A stretch of DNA of 64,000 nucleotides from Phycisphaerales bacterium. GTDB taxonomy: Bacteria > Planctomycetota > Phycisphaerae > Phycisphaerales > UBA1924. Location: the NCBI GenBank assembly GCA_046350435.1, contig JAXMAK010000003.1, forward strand, positions 611,535-675,534, given 5' to 3'. Below the pieces are notes generated by a model, which was given only the letters and a program-made list of their open reading frames with translations, searched no databases and was not told the DNA's origin. Below, piece by piece: positions 10,463 to 20,523 of the stretch; within the stretch, counting starts at the first letter, position 1, and each line of letters starts with the position of its first letter. The translations under genes and the position numbers were made by a program.

Positions 10463-11425
10463 TTAGCCCGTCGCAACCATTCCAACTTGCTCAACATTCC
10501 GCTGTGCTTTTCTGCGTTTTCGCACGCGTTCAACCAGCAGCAGTCCGCCGACCAAACTTCCGAGGAACGCGACGCTCAGCCCCGCCCCCACTTGCATCAC
10601 CCGCATCGCAGACAGCGTGTACGCGCCGCGAGTTGAGTCATACATGTAGCAGAAGTTCATCAGCCGCTCGCCGATCGTGCGAACCAGTTTTCCTTCGCTG
10701 GCTTCCATGATGGCGAGTTTGAGGTCCTTTGGTTCCTGCTCGAATCCATACAGGTATCTTGAAATCTTGCCGTCAGGCGTTGCGATGAACACAACCACCG
10801 GGTGGCTGAACTGGCCCGAATCTGGCAAGAACTTGTATCGGAACCCAAGCGCATCCGCAAGAGATCGGCTCGCCAACTCAGGCGACACGTGAAAGTGGAA
10901 TCCATCCTTGCCCGCCTGCTCATCGCGGAACTGCGACGCGTAAATCTCTTTCGCGTCCTTCGCGGCTTGCAGCTGCTCCTTGGGATCGAACGAAAACACC
11001 AGCAGGCTGTAATCCTTGCCAGGCTTGAAGTCGACGCCATTGAGCGATCCAACCAACTTGTCAATCAGCGTTCGGCACACCACCGGGCACGCGTAATATG
11101 CCATCACCATCACCGCGGGCTTCCCAGCGCCCTTGCCCTGAGCCGCGCTTTCAGTCGTTGCGAAGTAATCGCCCAGCGACACCAACTTGCCATTGTCGTC
11201 GGTAAACTGCAACTCAAGAGGCAGCACCAATCCAACCTTCTCTTCAACATCCAGCCCGCGCGCCTCGAACGGTACGTTCCCCTCTTCAAACTTCTTGGGT
11301 GCCGCGACAATCGGATCCACGCCGCTGTCGCGCTCGATCACCTTGGTGTCCTGCGCGAATACACCACCCACGCAGCACAACGCCACGCTCGCACACCCGA
11401 CAAAGTTGGACAACTTCCTGTTCAT
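10463..11425 (-). CDS. SCO1/SenC copper chaperone
   Basis: ORF 10463..11506 trimmed to the ATG at 11425 (MNRKLSNFVGCASVALCC). Thioredoxin-fold CxxxC motif 'YYACPVVCRTL'. C-terminal TM anchor. Confidence 0.85.
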   Translation of the reverse strand: MNRKLSNFVGCASVALCCVGGVFAQDTKVIERDSGVDPIVAAPKKFEEGNVPFEARGLDVEEKVGLVLPLELQFTDDNGKLVSLGDYFATTESAAQGKGAGKPAVMVMAYYACPVVCRTLIDKLVGSLNGVDFKPGKDYSLLVFSFDPKEQLQAAKDAKEIYASQFRDEQAGKDGFHFHVSPELASRSLADALGFRYKFLPDSGQFSHPVVVFIATPDGKISRYLYGFEQEPKDLKLAIMEASEGKLVRTIGERLMNFCYMYDSTRGAYTLSAMRVMQVGAGLSVAFLGSLVGGLLLVERVRKRRKAQRNVEQVGMVATG

Positions 11426-11447
11426 CGCTCTTTCAACCGACCGTTGC

Positions 11448-11930
11448 TCACTTGATCGCCGCGTGCTTGGGAGGAAGCGACGCTTCCAGCGACAGACCCT
11501 TTTCATACTTCGTCAACACCTTGCTCATCGCATCGTTCAGCGGAATCGCGATCGAGCCGTTGGGCAGGACGTGAGCAGGCTTCGAAAACTCGGCCTGCCC
11601 CTTCGCCTCAACCGCCGCCCGCGAATTGCTATTCGTTGCCGGATCAGTGAGCAGATTCACAACCTTGATTTCATTCTCGCGCTCGATGGAGTCTGTCACG
11701 ACCTGCGTGAGCTTCGCAAGCCCCCACACCGTGACCACGACAATCGCGATGATCACAACGAGCCACTTAATGAGCGCAAACGCGTTCACCTGCGCGAGGT
11801 GCTCTTCCTGCGGCGCACCTTCTTCAGCTCCGTGATGATGCCACTCGTCGGCTTCTGCATGACCATGTCCTGCATGAGCCGCGGCTCCCGACCCCGAATG
11901 CAACTTGATTGTCTTGTTCACATCCGTCAT
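11448..11930 (-). CDS. Hypothetical single-pass membrane protein with His-rich N-terminus
   Basis: 160-aa ORF between actF and SCO1. The N-terminus is 'HSGSGAAAHAGHGHAEADEWHHHGAEEG', followed by one TM (FALIKWLVVIIAIVVVTVWGL). No family recognised. Confidence 0.5.
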   Translation of the reverse strand: MTDVNKTIKLHSGSGAAAHAGHGHAEADEWHHHGAEEGAPQEEHLAQVNAFALIKWLVVIIAIVVVTVWGLAKLTQVVTDSIERENEIKVVNLLTDPATNSNSRAAVEAKGQAEFSKPAHVLPNGSIAIPLNDAMSKVLTKYEKGLSLEASLPPKHAAIK

Positions 11931-12132
11931 GGTTTCTACCTCAGAAACTCATCTGACTGTCGAGCCATGTTCAGGCTTGCAAGTCAGCGAATTTTAAACA
12001 ACCTTCAAGCCCCGATCTCACGTTCCAAACCGATCACATCAACCTTTTCGCGTCACAAACGTTTTCGCGAGCACGATTTGCACGCTGGACAACGCCTGAA
12101 TAACGCTTACACCTAGAAACTACACCCCAGAA

Positions 12133-13431
12133 TCAAACATAGTTCTTGTGCTCCAGCGATTCGTGCATGTATGGATCGTGCACCGCAACCAGCGTCGAGC
12201 CCGCGACACGCTGCACGAGGTATCCCGCGAAGATGAACACGCCGCCCAGGATCGCGACGATGTCGATGATCGCCGACACGTTGCCCGGTGCTTCAACATT
12301 CGAATACACCATCGGACGCACGATCCAGAACATGTCCAGCACGTGTACCACAAGGCAGAACAGGCTCATGAGCATCATGATGCCCAGGTTCTTCTTGATG
12401 TGACGCGAGAGAATGATGAGGAAGGGCACAACAAAGTGACCCACCATCAAGATGATGCCCAGCGTCATCCAGCCGTGGCTCTTGCGATGCAGGAAGAACG
12501 CGGTTTCTTCCGGAATCGCCGCGTACCAGATCAGGAAGTACTGGCTGAACGCGATGTACGCCCAGAAGACCGTGAAGCTGAATTGCAACTTGCCCAGATC
12601 GTGGAAGTGTTCAGTTGTGACAACACCCTTGAGCTTGCCCTTGCTCAAGAGCAAGTTCAAGATCAAACTCACGCACGCGATGCTCGCAAACGCACCACCC
12701 GCAAAGTAGTACACGCCCCACATCGTGCTGAAGAACTTGAAGTCCAGCGACATGAGGAAGTCAAACGCGACAAACGCCGTGGACAAAGCCGTGAGAGGCA
12801 ACGCCCACGCACACGTGAACCGCGCCTTCGCGCTAGGCTCAACACTGCCCGTGCGATCCTGCTCGTAGCTCAGCGAGAGCAACTTGCGAGTGATAATCGT
12901 CCAGAACAATCCATACACCACAAAGCGCCCGACGAAGAACGCCGGGAACGCAGTCGAATCGTGTCCAACCGGCCAGAAGAAATACGTGGACTTCTCAAGC
13001 AACACCGGATCGTGCGCGAACGAATTGTTCAACCACTTGAACAGCAGCCCATCCTTCATGATTTCAAGAATCACGACAGGCAGCAGCATGAGCCAAGCAA
13101 ACGGCAGGAAACTCATGATGTTCTCAAACTGCCGACGAACTGTCGCAGTCCAACCCGCGTTCAGCAGGTGAAAGATCATCACGAAAATCGTCGCACCCAG
13201 GCACACCGCAAGCACGGCCATCGCGCCGACGAGATATGCACCGACAGCGTGTGCCAAGCTCGCGCCAAACGCGCCCGCAAAGCCCAGCCCGATGCCTGCA
13301 GCAGCAAGAATCGCGCCGAACGCAAGCAGCCCCGTGCCCATGCCGCGACCCGCACCCGCGCCAAACTGCACATTGTCGCCCTTGAGGACGCTGGGCAGCG
13401 AAGAAGACATGTCATGTGGAACCGTGGTCAC
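12133..13431 (-). CDS. actF: Alternative Complex III subunit ActF (polytopic membrane subunit)
   Basis: 432 aa, about 10 TM helices. Sits in the canonical actABCDEF order and overlaps the actE stop by 4 nt. Confidence 0.8.
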   Translation of the reverse strand: MTTVPHDMSSSLPSVLKGDNVQFGAGAGRGMGTGLLAFGAILAAAGIGLGFAGAFGASLAHAVGAYLVGAMAVLAVCLGATIFVMIFHLLNAGWTATVRRQFENIMSFLPFAWLMLLPVVILEIMKDGLLFKWLNNSFAHDPVLLEKSTYFFWPVGHDSTAFPAFFVGRFVVYGLFWTIITRKLLSLSYEQDRTGSVEPSAKARFTCAWALPLTALSTAFVAFDFLMSLDFKFFSTMWGVYYFAGGAFASIACVSLILNLLLSKGKLKGVVTTEHFHDLGKLQFSFTVFWAYIAFSQYFLIWYAAIPEETAFFLHRKSHGWMTLGIILMVGHFVVPFLIILSRHIKKNLGIMMLMSLFCLVVHVLDMFWIVRPMVYSNVEAPGNVSAIIDIVAILGGVFIFAGYLVQRVAGSTLVAVHDPYMHESLEHKNYV

Positions 13432-14264
13432 TTGGAACCTCCAGTCGTTGTAGCGCTCGGGGTTGTCGCGGAGGGTGTCGCGGGAGTGGCAGCAGCCGCC
13501 GCAGCCTTCGCGGCGTCAACAGCCTTGCGCATCTCTTCTCGCTTGTCCGCCGGGACATCATCCAACGAGCCGCGGCGAGCCGCCTGCAACACACGCACGT
13601 ACGCGACAATGCGCCACGTGTCGTCGTAGCTCAAAGCATGTGCGTATGGCGGCATCTTGTTCTGTGCACCGTCGGGCGACCACACGCCGTTGCGAATGGT
13701 GTTGAAGATGTACCCATCGCGAGCCTTCTCGCTCTTGCTCGAATCGTTGTACACATCATCATGGAAGTTGGGCAGCGGATAAGACCACTGACTGCCGACA
13801 ACACCGAGCCCGTCGCCTGTGTAGTTGTGGCACGTTGCACAATAAATGTTGTACCGCTCCTGCCCGCGAGCCAGATCGTCTTTCGTGATCTTCGCGGGAC
13901 CAGTCACGACAAAGGTGCCGTCCGCACCCTTGCCTGTATAGAAGACCGAATCCGCTTTCACAAAGTCCGCACGCTGAGCGTCAAACTTGCCCACCCAAGC
14001 AGCGTTTTCCTCGTTCGTCGTGAACGAGTACCGCCCGAATGCAACCGTGCCCGCGACCGGCTGCCTCATGGTCCTGCCGTCAGCGAACATCTCGCTGTGC
14101 GACTGCGGATTCCACTTGGGCGCATCGTCCATGTCCGGGAAGAACTGGTGCGGCGGCTCATCAGTGCGCTCACCTCGGCAGCCAGCAAGCCCAGCCACCG
14201 AAATCGCAGCGCCAACCAGCGCCAGCGTCATCAAGCAAGTTGTCTGTTTCATGGTGTTCATCAA
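13428..14264 (-). CDS. actE: Alternative Complex III monoheme cytochrome c subunit ActE
   Basis: Lipoprotein-type signal (...VAGLAGC), a single CATCH heme motif, and an Ala/Thr/Pro-rich C-terminal tail. Confidence 0.8.
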   Translation of the reverse strand: MMNTMKQTTCLMTLALVGAAISVAGLAGCRGERTDEPPHQFFPDMDDAPKWNPQSHSEMFADGRTMRQPVAGTVAFGRYSFTTNEENAAWVGKFDAQRADFVKADSVFYTGKGADGTFVVTGPAKITKDDLARGQERYNIYCATCHNYTGDGLGVVGSQWSYPLPNFHDDVYNDSSKSEKARDGYIFNTIRNGVWSPDGAQNKMPPYAHALSYDDTWRIVAYVRVLQAARRGSLDDVPADKREEMRKAVDAAKAAAAAATPATPSATTPSATTTGGSK

Positions 14265-14325
14265 TTCACCAGTAAGGTTCAGTCTTCTATCTTCACTTCG
14301 TGCCTACGTGCCCCCGTGCCTCTAC

Positions 14326-14907
14326 TTATTCCTCAACCAACTCAATGCTCGTCGCGCCAGCGTTCTTCAGCAGCGACTTGGTTCCTTCCGGATCAAACTT
14401 TCCATCTTCTGCTTCGATTGCGATGAAGAACTTGTCATCGCTCGACGCAAGGAAGCGTTCCTTCTTCATGAGTGGATGGTGGTGGCGAGGCAAGCCATTC
14501 AACGCGAACATGCCGAGGATGGCCGTGAACGCCGAGAACAGAATGCCCAATTCGAACGTAATCGGCACAAACACCTGCCAGCCACCGCTCAAGAGGCTGC
14601 CGAAAGGCTTGCCCTGCACGACGAACTTGTACCCGTGGTTGGAGACCCACCACTGCAGCCAGTAGGCAAAGCCCACGCCGCTGAAGCCGCCGATTGCAAC
14701 CAGCACCGGCAGAATCGTGCGCTTGATGCCCATCGCTTCTTCCATGCCGTGAACCGGGAACGGGCTGAACGTGTCCCACTTGCTGTAACCCGCATCGCGG
14801 ACTTTTTCAGCCGCGTGATACAGGTCCGCAGGAGTGGCGAATTCCGCCATGATCCCGTAGATCCGTTCGTTGTTTTCGGTGACGTACACCTTGGCTGCCA
14901 TAGACAC
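14326..14907 (-). CDS. actD: Alternative Complex III subunit ActD (DUF3341-like)
   Basis: 193 aa with two central TM helices. The position between actC and actE and the sequence style match ActD. Confidence 0.8.
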   Translation of the reverse strand: MSMAAKVYVTENNERIYGIMAEFATPADLYHAAEKVRDAGYSKWDTFSPFPVHGMEEAMGIKRTILPVLVAIGGFSGVGFAYWLQWWVSNHGYKFVVQGKPFGSLLSGGWQVFVPITFELGILFSAFTAILGMFALNGLPRHHHPLMKKERFLASSDDKFFIAIEAEDGKFDPEGTKSLLKNAGATSIELVEE

Positions 14908-14911
14908 CTCA

Positions 14912-15018
14912 AAGCTGACAACTGAAAGCTGAAATGATTCAGTTTCAGAATTTCACTCACAATCCAACACCAACTCAACACCTCAACATGTCAGCTGTCA
15001 GCTTTCCGCTGTCAGCTA
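14912..15018. repeat. Heptad-built palindromic element (GTCAGCT family)
   Basis: Left arm 'aagctgacaactgaaagctga'. Right arm 'tcagctgtcagctttccgctgtcagct'. In the actC-actD intercistronic gap. Confidence 0.75.
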
Positions 15019-15024
15019 TCACTC

Positions 15025-16587
15025 TCAATGATGCCCGTGACCACCGCCGTGCCCACCATGCCCATGCGAGTGCGGACTCGCCTGAGGCAGCACTGCCTTG
15101 ATTTCACCAATCGGGAAGCTCGGCAGGAACCGCATGAACAACAGGTACAGCGTCAGGAACACGCCAAACGATCCAGCGAAGATGCCAATATCCACCAGCG
15201 TCGGATGGAACATGTGGTATTCACCAGGCAAGTACGCACGGTGCAAGCTCGTGACGATGATCACGAATCGCTCGAACCACATGCCGATCGTGACCAGCAG
15301 CGCGACGATCCACACCGCGATCACATTCGTCCGCATCTTCTTGCTCCAGAAGACCTGCGGGCTGATGACGTTGCATGAAATCATCGTCCAATAGGCCCAC
15401 CAGTACGGGCCAAACGCACGGTTCTTGAAGGCAAACAACTCAAACTTGTTGCCGCCGTACCACGCGATGAAGAATTCCATCGAGTACGCAAAGCCCACCA
15501 TCATGCCCGTCGTGAGCAGAATCTTCGACATGTTGTCGATGTGCCGCAGCGTGATCAGATCCTTCATGTTCGGATACAGCTCACGGAACGGAATCAGAAG
15601 CAACAACACCATCGCGAAGCCGCCGAAGATGGCGCCCGCAACGAAGTAGGGCGGGAAAATCGTCGTGTGCCAGCCGGGCAAGATCGACGTCGCAAAGTCA
15701 AACGACACGATCGAGTGCACGCTCAACACCAACGGCGTTGAAATACCAGCCAGAATCAAGTACGCCGCCTCATACCGATGCCAGTGCCGGCTGCTCATGC
15801 GCCAGCCCATCGCGAGGAAGCCATAGATGTACGCACGAATCTTGTCCGTGCGAACCGGCACGAATGGCAGCAATACCGCACCATCCTTGTTCGCTCGCAG
15901 GCGACGATCCGCGCGATCGCGCAGCGTCGCGAAGTCCGGAATCATGCCCATGTACCAGAACAGGAAGCTCACCGTGCCGTACGTGCTCACTGCAAACACG
16001 TCCCACAGCAGCGGGCTCTTGAAGTTTGGCCAGATCGCATTTGCGTTGGGAATCGGAGGCAAGAACCACGCCATCCACTGACGACCAATGTGAATGCCCG
16101 GGAAGGTCGCGGCACAAATAACCGCGAAGATCGTCATCGCTTCAGCAGCACGGTTCACCGCCGTGCGCCACTTCTGCTTCAGCAAGCACAAGATCGCGCT
16201 GATGAGCGTTCCGGCGTGACCGATACCGATCCAGAACACGAAGTTGGTAATATCCCACGCCCAGTCCACCTGGTTCGTCAGACCCCAAGTACCGATACCC
16301 GTAATAACAAGGTACAGAATGAGCACGCCGCCAAGCTGCGCGAGGCCAAACGTCGTGAGGAACGCCGGCAGCCACCACTTGGGAGGCTTGTTCTCCGTGT
16401 ACCCACAGACGATGTCCGTGATTTCGCCAAAGCTGCGGTTGTTCAGCACCAATGGCGGCCGCACGCCCGGCGTATCAATGAGCGTGCCATCGCCAGTTTC
16501 CGGATCAAACACCGGAGGAGGCGTTGCGCCTTTCACGATCCCAGCCAATCGCTGAGCAGTTATCTGGTCAGGGTGAATTGACGTCAT
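15025..16587 (-). CDS. actC: Alternative Complex III quinol-interacting membrane subunit ActC (NrfD/PsrC-like)
   Basis: 520 aa, polytopic, NrfD-like. Overlaps the actB stop by 4 nt. The C-terminus is '[16 protein letters not shown]'. Confidence 0.9.
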   Translation of the reverse strand: MTSIHPDQITAQRLAGIVKGATPPPVFDPETGDGTLIDTPGVRPPLVLNNRSFGEITDIVCGYTENKPPKWWLPAFLTTFGLAQLGGVLILYLVITGIGTWGLTNQVDWAWDITNFVFWIGIGHAGTLISAILCLLKQKWRTAVNRAAEAMTIFAVICAATFPGIHIGRQWMAWFLPPIPNANAIWPNFKSPLLWDVFAVSTYGTVSFLFWYMGMIPDFATLRDRADRRLRANKDGAVLLPFVPVRTDKIRAYIYGFLAMGWRMSSRHWHRYEAAYLILAGISTPLVLSVHSIVSFDFATSILPGWHTTIFPPYFVAGAIFGGFAMVLLLLIPFRELYPNMKDLITLRHIDNMSKILLTTGMMVGFAYSMEFFIAWYGGNKFELFAFKNRAFGPYWWAYWTMISCNVISPQVFWSKKMRTNVIAVWIVALLVTIGMWFERFVIIVTSLHRAYLPGEYHMFHPTLVDIGIFAGSFGVFLTLYLLFMRFLPSFPIGEIKAVLPQASPHSHGHGGHGGGHGHH

Positions 16588-19500
16588 GCCCGGACACCTC
16601 CAACGTTGCTAGTAGAAAGCACGCGCAGGCTCATCGCATACCCAGAGTCCTCGCGCCGCTTGCGTGTATCAAAGAACGAATGTTCCTCGCCGTGACCATG
16701 GTCATCGTGGCCATGATCTTCATGCCCGCCATGATGGAACGGCTCTTCCATATGTGCAAACCGCTCCGGATCGTTCTTCTTCAGAATCTCCGGATTGGGA
16801 TTCATCACGCGGAGCATGTGGCTCGTGCGCGGACGCGTGTTCAAGTATCCAAGCAACGCATAGCTGCGAGCGTTGTGACGCGTCGCGTGCACCTTGCTCG
16901 CCTTGTCGAGTTCATCACCAAACGTGATCGCGTTCGACGGGCACGCCTGCTGGCACGCCGTCTGGAAGAACCCATCCGGCACCACGTACTTGCCTTCGCT
17001 GTCGCGAATATCCGCCAACTTGCACTCGATCTTCGCGAAGTTGATGCGCTGAATGCAGTACGAGCACTTCTCCATGACACCGCGGCTGCGCACCGTGACG
17101 TCCGGGTTCTTCTGCATCCTGCTGATCTCGTCCAACTTCTGCCGCAGACGAGGCGGAATCAAGTTCGGGTTGATGGAGTTGTGCTTCTGGCTGCCCGTGA
17201 TGCCTTCCTGGCCCGGGATGTTCTCGCCAATCGGATCAATGACTTCCTTGAAGTAGTATCCGCCATTGAACTTGGTGACGCCGTAGTCAAACCAGTTGTA
17301 TCGACGAACCTTGTACGGGCAGTTGTTCGCACAATACCGCGTACCGATGCAGCGGTTGTACGTCATGTAGTTGAGCCCCTCAGGCCCGTGCACTGTCGCC
17401 GACACCGGGCACACCACTTCGCACGGCGCGTTTTCGCAGTGCACGCACGCCACCGGCTGCTGATGCATCGCTGACGGGTTGTTGAAGTCATTGCCCGTGA
17501 AGTAACGGTCAACGCGAATCCAGGCAAGTTCACGACCCTTCGCCGTTTCCTTCTTGCCCACCACAGGAATGTTGTTTTCCGATTGGCACGCAATCGTGCA
17601 AGCGCCACAGCCCGTGCAGGTCTGCTGATCAATCGTCATCGCCCACTGCGGACGCGAGGCGTACTCGGGTCCGCGATTCTGCTGATACTTGGGCCCATTC
17701 GGATCGCCCGGCTCAACCTGCGACTTGTCAGCGTCTTCACGCGACTTGTTGTACGGATTCTTATAAATCGAAATGTTTGGCGGCACGTGCGACAACTCGC
17801 CCAAGCGCTCGGCAAAGTTCAGGTCCTTCGCCTTCGTGCCGTAGAACGAGTCCACGACTTCCTGCACTGCGTCGCCATACTTCTTCCACGCCGGCAGATC
17901 AACGGCGCGAATGATGCTGTCCTTGCCGTCCAGCGTCCAGTGGTTCTGCGTCGAGCAGATCATGTGCGTGTCGCCCGTGTCCTTCAGCGAAAGACCCGAC
18001 GCACTCATCACGCCACCACTGTTCAAGAGTGGATAGACATTCACGCCAACTTCATCACCCACAACACCCGCGTTGGTTCGGCCGTAGCCCACCATCAACA
18101 CAGCCGTGTTGTCAGGCGTTCCCGGGCAGATCCACACCGGGCATTTGATCGTGCGCCCGCCCAAAGTGAGTTCCGCGACCTTCGCCGTCGGATACTTGGG
18201 CTTGGTGTACATCCCGTTCATCTTGTTCGTGTCGTCCATGCTGCCATCGGGCGGCATGTCAAAACCCGCAGGAGAAAGACCAAGTTCTTCCGCCGTCTTG
18301 GGCGACAGAATCACCGGATTGTCCCACACAACACGCGTCGCAGCGTGCGGCAGTTCCTGCAACCAGCCAACGTTCGCAAAGCGACCATCAGCAACGTTGC
18401 CCACCGTGAAGACAACATCCAGAGCGGAGCTCGACGGCGCACCAGCAAGCTTCACGCCCGCGATCGCGTCCGCGACAGCCTTGCCGTTGAACTTCGTCGC
18501 TTCCATCTTCGACGCAGTGTTTTCAACAACACCGTTGTGCAACGCACGACGCCACTTGGTTTCAAATTCGCCCGCACCCAGCCACGCCGAAGCATTCGTC
18601 TTCCATGTCTCGCGAACGATTTCGTATCCGTCAACCTTCGCGCCAAAGTCCTTCGCCGCAAGCAGCGCAAGGAACTCGATTTCGCTCATCGACGTTTCGT
18701 ACAGCGGCGCGATCATGGGCTGCACTGGCGACAGCGTTCCATCCACGCTGCGCACATCGCCCCAGCTCTCAAGATAGTGAGCACCAGAAACCGCCCACGT
18801 GCTCGCCGCGGCGGTTTCGCTCTGACCAACTGTGAGCGTGATCGTCGCGCCGACTTTCTTCCATCCCTCAACAAACTTGAGGTCACCCGGAGCGTCATAC
18901 GCCGGGTTCACATTCACGCACACCGCTGTGCTGATCTTCCCTTCGTTCATCAACTTCGCAAGTTCCGCAAGCGAAACCTGCTGCCCGCCCGCAACGACTT
19001 CGTCATCAGCGGCGACATACGAGACACTCTTGCCGACGTTGTCCAACCCAGCGTTGAGCGCCGCAACGATCGCATGCACAATCGCCGGCTGGCTCGGCCC
19101 AGCCATGATCAGGCTCTTGCCACGATTTGCCGAATCCAGCAAGTCCTTCGCACACTCATCAAGGAACACCGGATCGATATCCGCGCCCATCGCGTTGCCC
19201 GCACCCGCCGCGAGTGCATCAACCGCAGACTTCACATCCGCGAGGTCAGCACCAGCAAGATTCTTCATCACGCGCTGCGCGAGCAGCACAGCAAACGCCG
19301 TGACGCGCGACGGAGCCAGCCGCAGACGGTGATCCGCCTGCCCGCCCGTGTTCGTCATCGAACTCTCGACAACATACAACCGGCTCATCGTGTCCGCAGC
19401 CTTCGACAGCATGCGAGTCGATGCAAACTGACGGGCGTTGATGAGCGACGTTGATTCACCCTCAGTGAAATCACGATCCAGCGAGACGATCACATTCGTG

Positions 19501-20381
19501 TTCGACTTGCTCATCGAGAACATGGTCCGCATGGACTTCCCGAACGCGAGTTTCGTGCCCTCAGACTCACCCGAAGCCTGCGCCGCGTTGTACACGCACC
19601 ACTTCGCCTTCGGATACTTCTTGAGCAACTTGTCGCGCATCGCCGCACGCGTCGGGCTGCTGCTCTTTTCAGCGATGATTGCGAGCCCCTCGCCGCCATT
19701 TTCATACTTCTTGAAGTGATCGCTGCTCCACGCGCGGAAGTCATCAAAAGACGCGGCGGTCTTGCCCCGCGCGGGATTCTCAAACACGCAGTCGCGCACG
19801 CGATCCGGGTCGTACAGACTCATGATCGACGCAATCGCCCACAGCGAAGCCTTGCCCTGATTGACTGGGTGCAGCGGGTTGCCCTCAATCTTCGTCGGAC
19901 GCCCTTCATGCGTCTCAACCATCAAACCTTCCGCACCACCATCCCAGCGAGGCATCGCAGTGACGTAGTACAGAGGCTTGCCCGGAATAATTTCTTCCGG
20001 CACAACCTTCGAGTAGGTGTAAATCTTGTGATCCGGACGACGGCAGCCCGGCACAGTCGCAGCAACGCCCGCCAACGCCATACTCGCGCCCATCAACTTC
20101 AAAAACTCACGGCGTGAATCATGCTTCTTCGCGGGCTCAACAAGCGAAGCCTGCTCTGCCTGCAGGTCCACAGCCTCGCGCGTGACAAGTTCCGCCATCG
20201 CAGCCGGGAACTCGCGCTCCAAGTGCTCGCGGAACTCCGGCGCATCCACCAACTCGTCCATGCTGCGCCACGCAGCCTGACCGTTGATGCGCTGCAACTT
20301 CCGAGGCGTCGCAGCCAAATGGCGCTTGCTCGGCTTCTGCTTTTCACCCGAGACTGTCGTTGGGCATTGATCGTGTGACAT
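16584..20381 (-). CDS. actB: Alternative Complex III subunit ActB (molybdopterin-oxidoreductase-like domain fused to a 4-cluster FeS domain)
   Basis: ORF 16584..20420 trimmed to the ATG at 20381, because the upstream part is repeat-derived. Tat signal [17 protein letters not shown]. Cys clusters [44 protein letters not shown]. His-rich stretch near the C-terminus. Confidence 0.9.
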   Translation of the reverse strand: MSHDQCPTTVSGEKQKPSKRHLAATPRKLQRINGQAAWRSMDELVDAPEFREHLEREFPAAMAELVTREAVDLQAEQASLVEPAKKHDSRREFLKLMGASMALAGVAATVPGCRRPDHKIYTYSKVVPEEIIPGKPLYYVTAMPRWDGGAEGLMVETHEGRPTKIEGNPLHPVNQGKASLWAIASIMSLYDPDRVRDCVFENPARGKTAASFDDFRAWSSDHFKKYENGGEGLAIIAEKSSSPTRAAMRDKLLKKYPKAKWCVYNAAQASGESEGTKLAFGKSMRTMFSMSKSNTNVIVSLDRDFTEGESTSLINARQFASTRMLSKAADTMSRLYVVESSMTNTGGQADHRLRLAPSRVTAFAVLLAQRVMKNLAGADLADVKSAVDALAAGAGNAMGADIDPVFLDECAKDLLDSANRGKSLIMAGPSQPAIVHAIVAALNAGLDNVGKSVSYVAADDEVVAGGQQVSLAELAKLMNEGKISTAVCVNVNPAYDAPGDLKFVEGWKKVGATITLTVGQSETAAASTWAVSGAHYLESWGDVRSVDGTLSPVQPMIAPLYETSMSEIEFLALLAAKDFGAKVDGYEIVRETWKTNASAWLGAGEFETKWRRALHNGVVENTASKMEATKFNGKAVADAIAGVKLAGAPSSSALDVVFTVGNVADGRFANVGWLQELPHAATRVVWDNPVILSPKTAEELGLSPAGFDMPPDGSMDDTNKMNGMYTKPKYPTAKVAELTLGGRTIKCPVWICPGTPDNTAVLMVGYGRTNAGVVGDEVGVNVYPLLNSGGVMSASGLSLKDTGDTHMICSTQNHWTLDGKDSIIRAVDLPAWKKYGDAVQEVVDSFYGTKAKDLNFAERLGELSHVPPNISIYKNPYNKSREDADKSQVEPGDPNGPKYQQNRGPEYASRPQWAMTIDQQTCTGCGACTIACQSENNIPVVGKKETAKGRELAWIRVDRYFTGNDFNNPSAMHQQPVACVHCENAPCEVVCPVSATVHGPEGLNYMTYNRCIGTRYCANNCPYKVRRYNWFDYGVTKFNGGYYFKEVIDPIGENIPGQEGITGSQKHNSINPNLIPPRLRQKLDEISRMQKNPDVTVRSRGVMEKCSYCIQRINFAKIECKLADIRDSEGKYVVPDGFFQTACQQACPSNAITFGDELDKASKVHATRHNARSYALLGYLNTRPRTSHMLRVMNPNPEILKKNDPERFAHMEEPFHHGGHEDHGHDDHGHGEEHSFFDTRKRREDSGYAMSLRVLSTSNVGGVRA

Positions 20382-20387
20382 GGGAGT

Positions 20388-20523
20388 AGGCATTGGGGAC
20401 TGGGCACTGGGCATTGGCAAAGACGCACAATATTCAAATCAACTTCGCATTCGCTTCACATCAAGGCAACTGGATTGAACTCAGGCTTCTTCACGAATGC
20501 CTAATGCCCAATCCCCAATGCCT
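20388..20523. repeat. Heptad-built palindromic element (GGCATTG family), copy 2
   Basis: Left arm 20388..20418 'aggcattggggactgggcactgggcattggc'. Right arm 20496..20523 'aatgcctaatgcccaatccccaatgcct'. Fills the actA-actB intercistronic gap. Confidence 0.85.

Noticed and set aside
12148-13629. Long ORFs antisense to confirmed genes. Examples: 12148..13629 (493 aa), 7468..8421, 15778..16581, 17583..19454 (623 aa), 41686..42528, 45173..46213, 55400..56587, 57956..59029, 59036..60484, 61055..62410.
   Set aside because: These are shadow ORFs, typical of high-GC DNA. They have Arg/His/Pro-rich low-complexity translations and no recognisable motifs. Each lies fully inside a gene with strong family signatures on the other strand.
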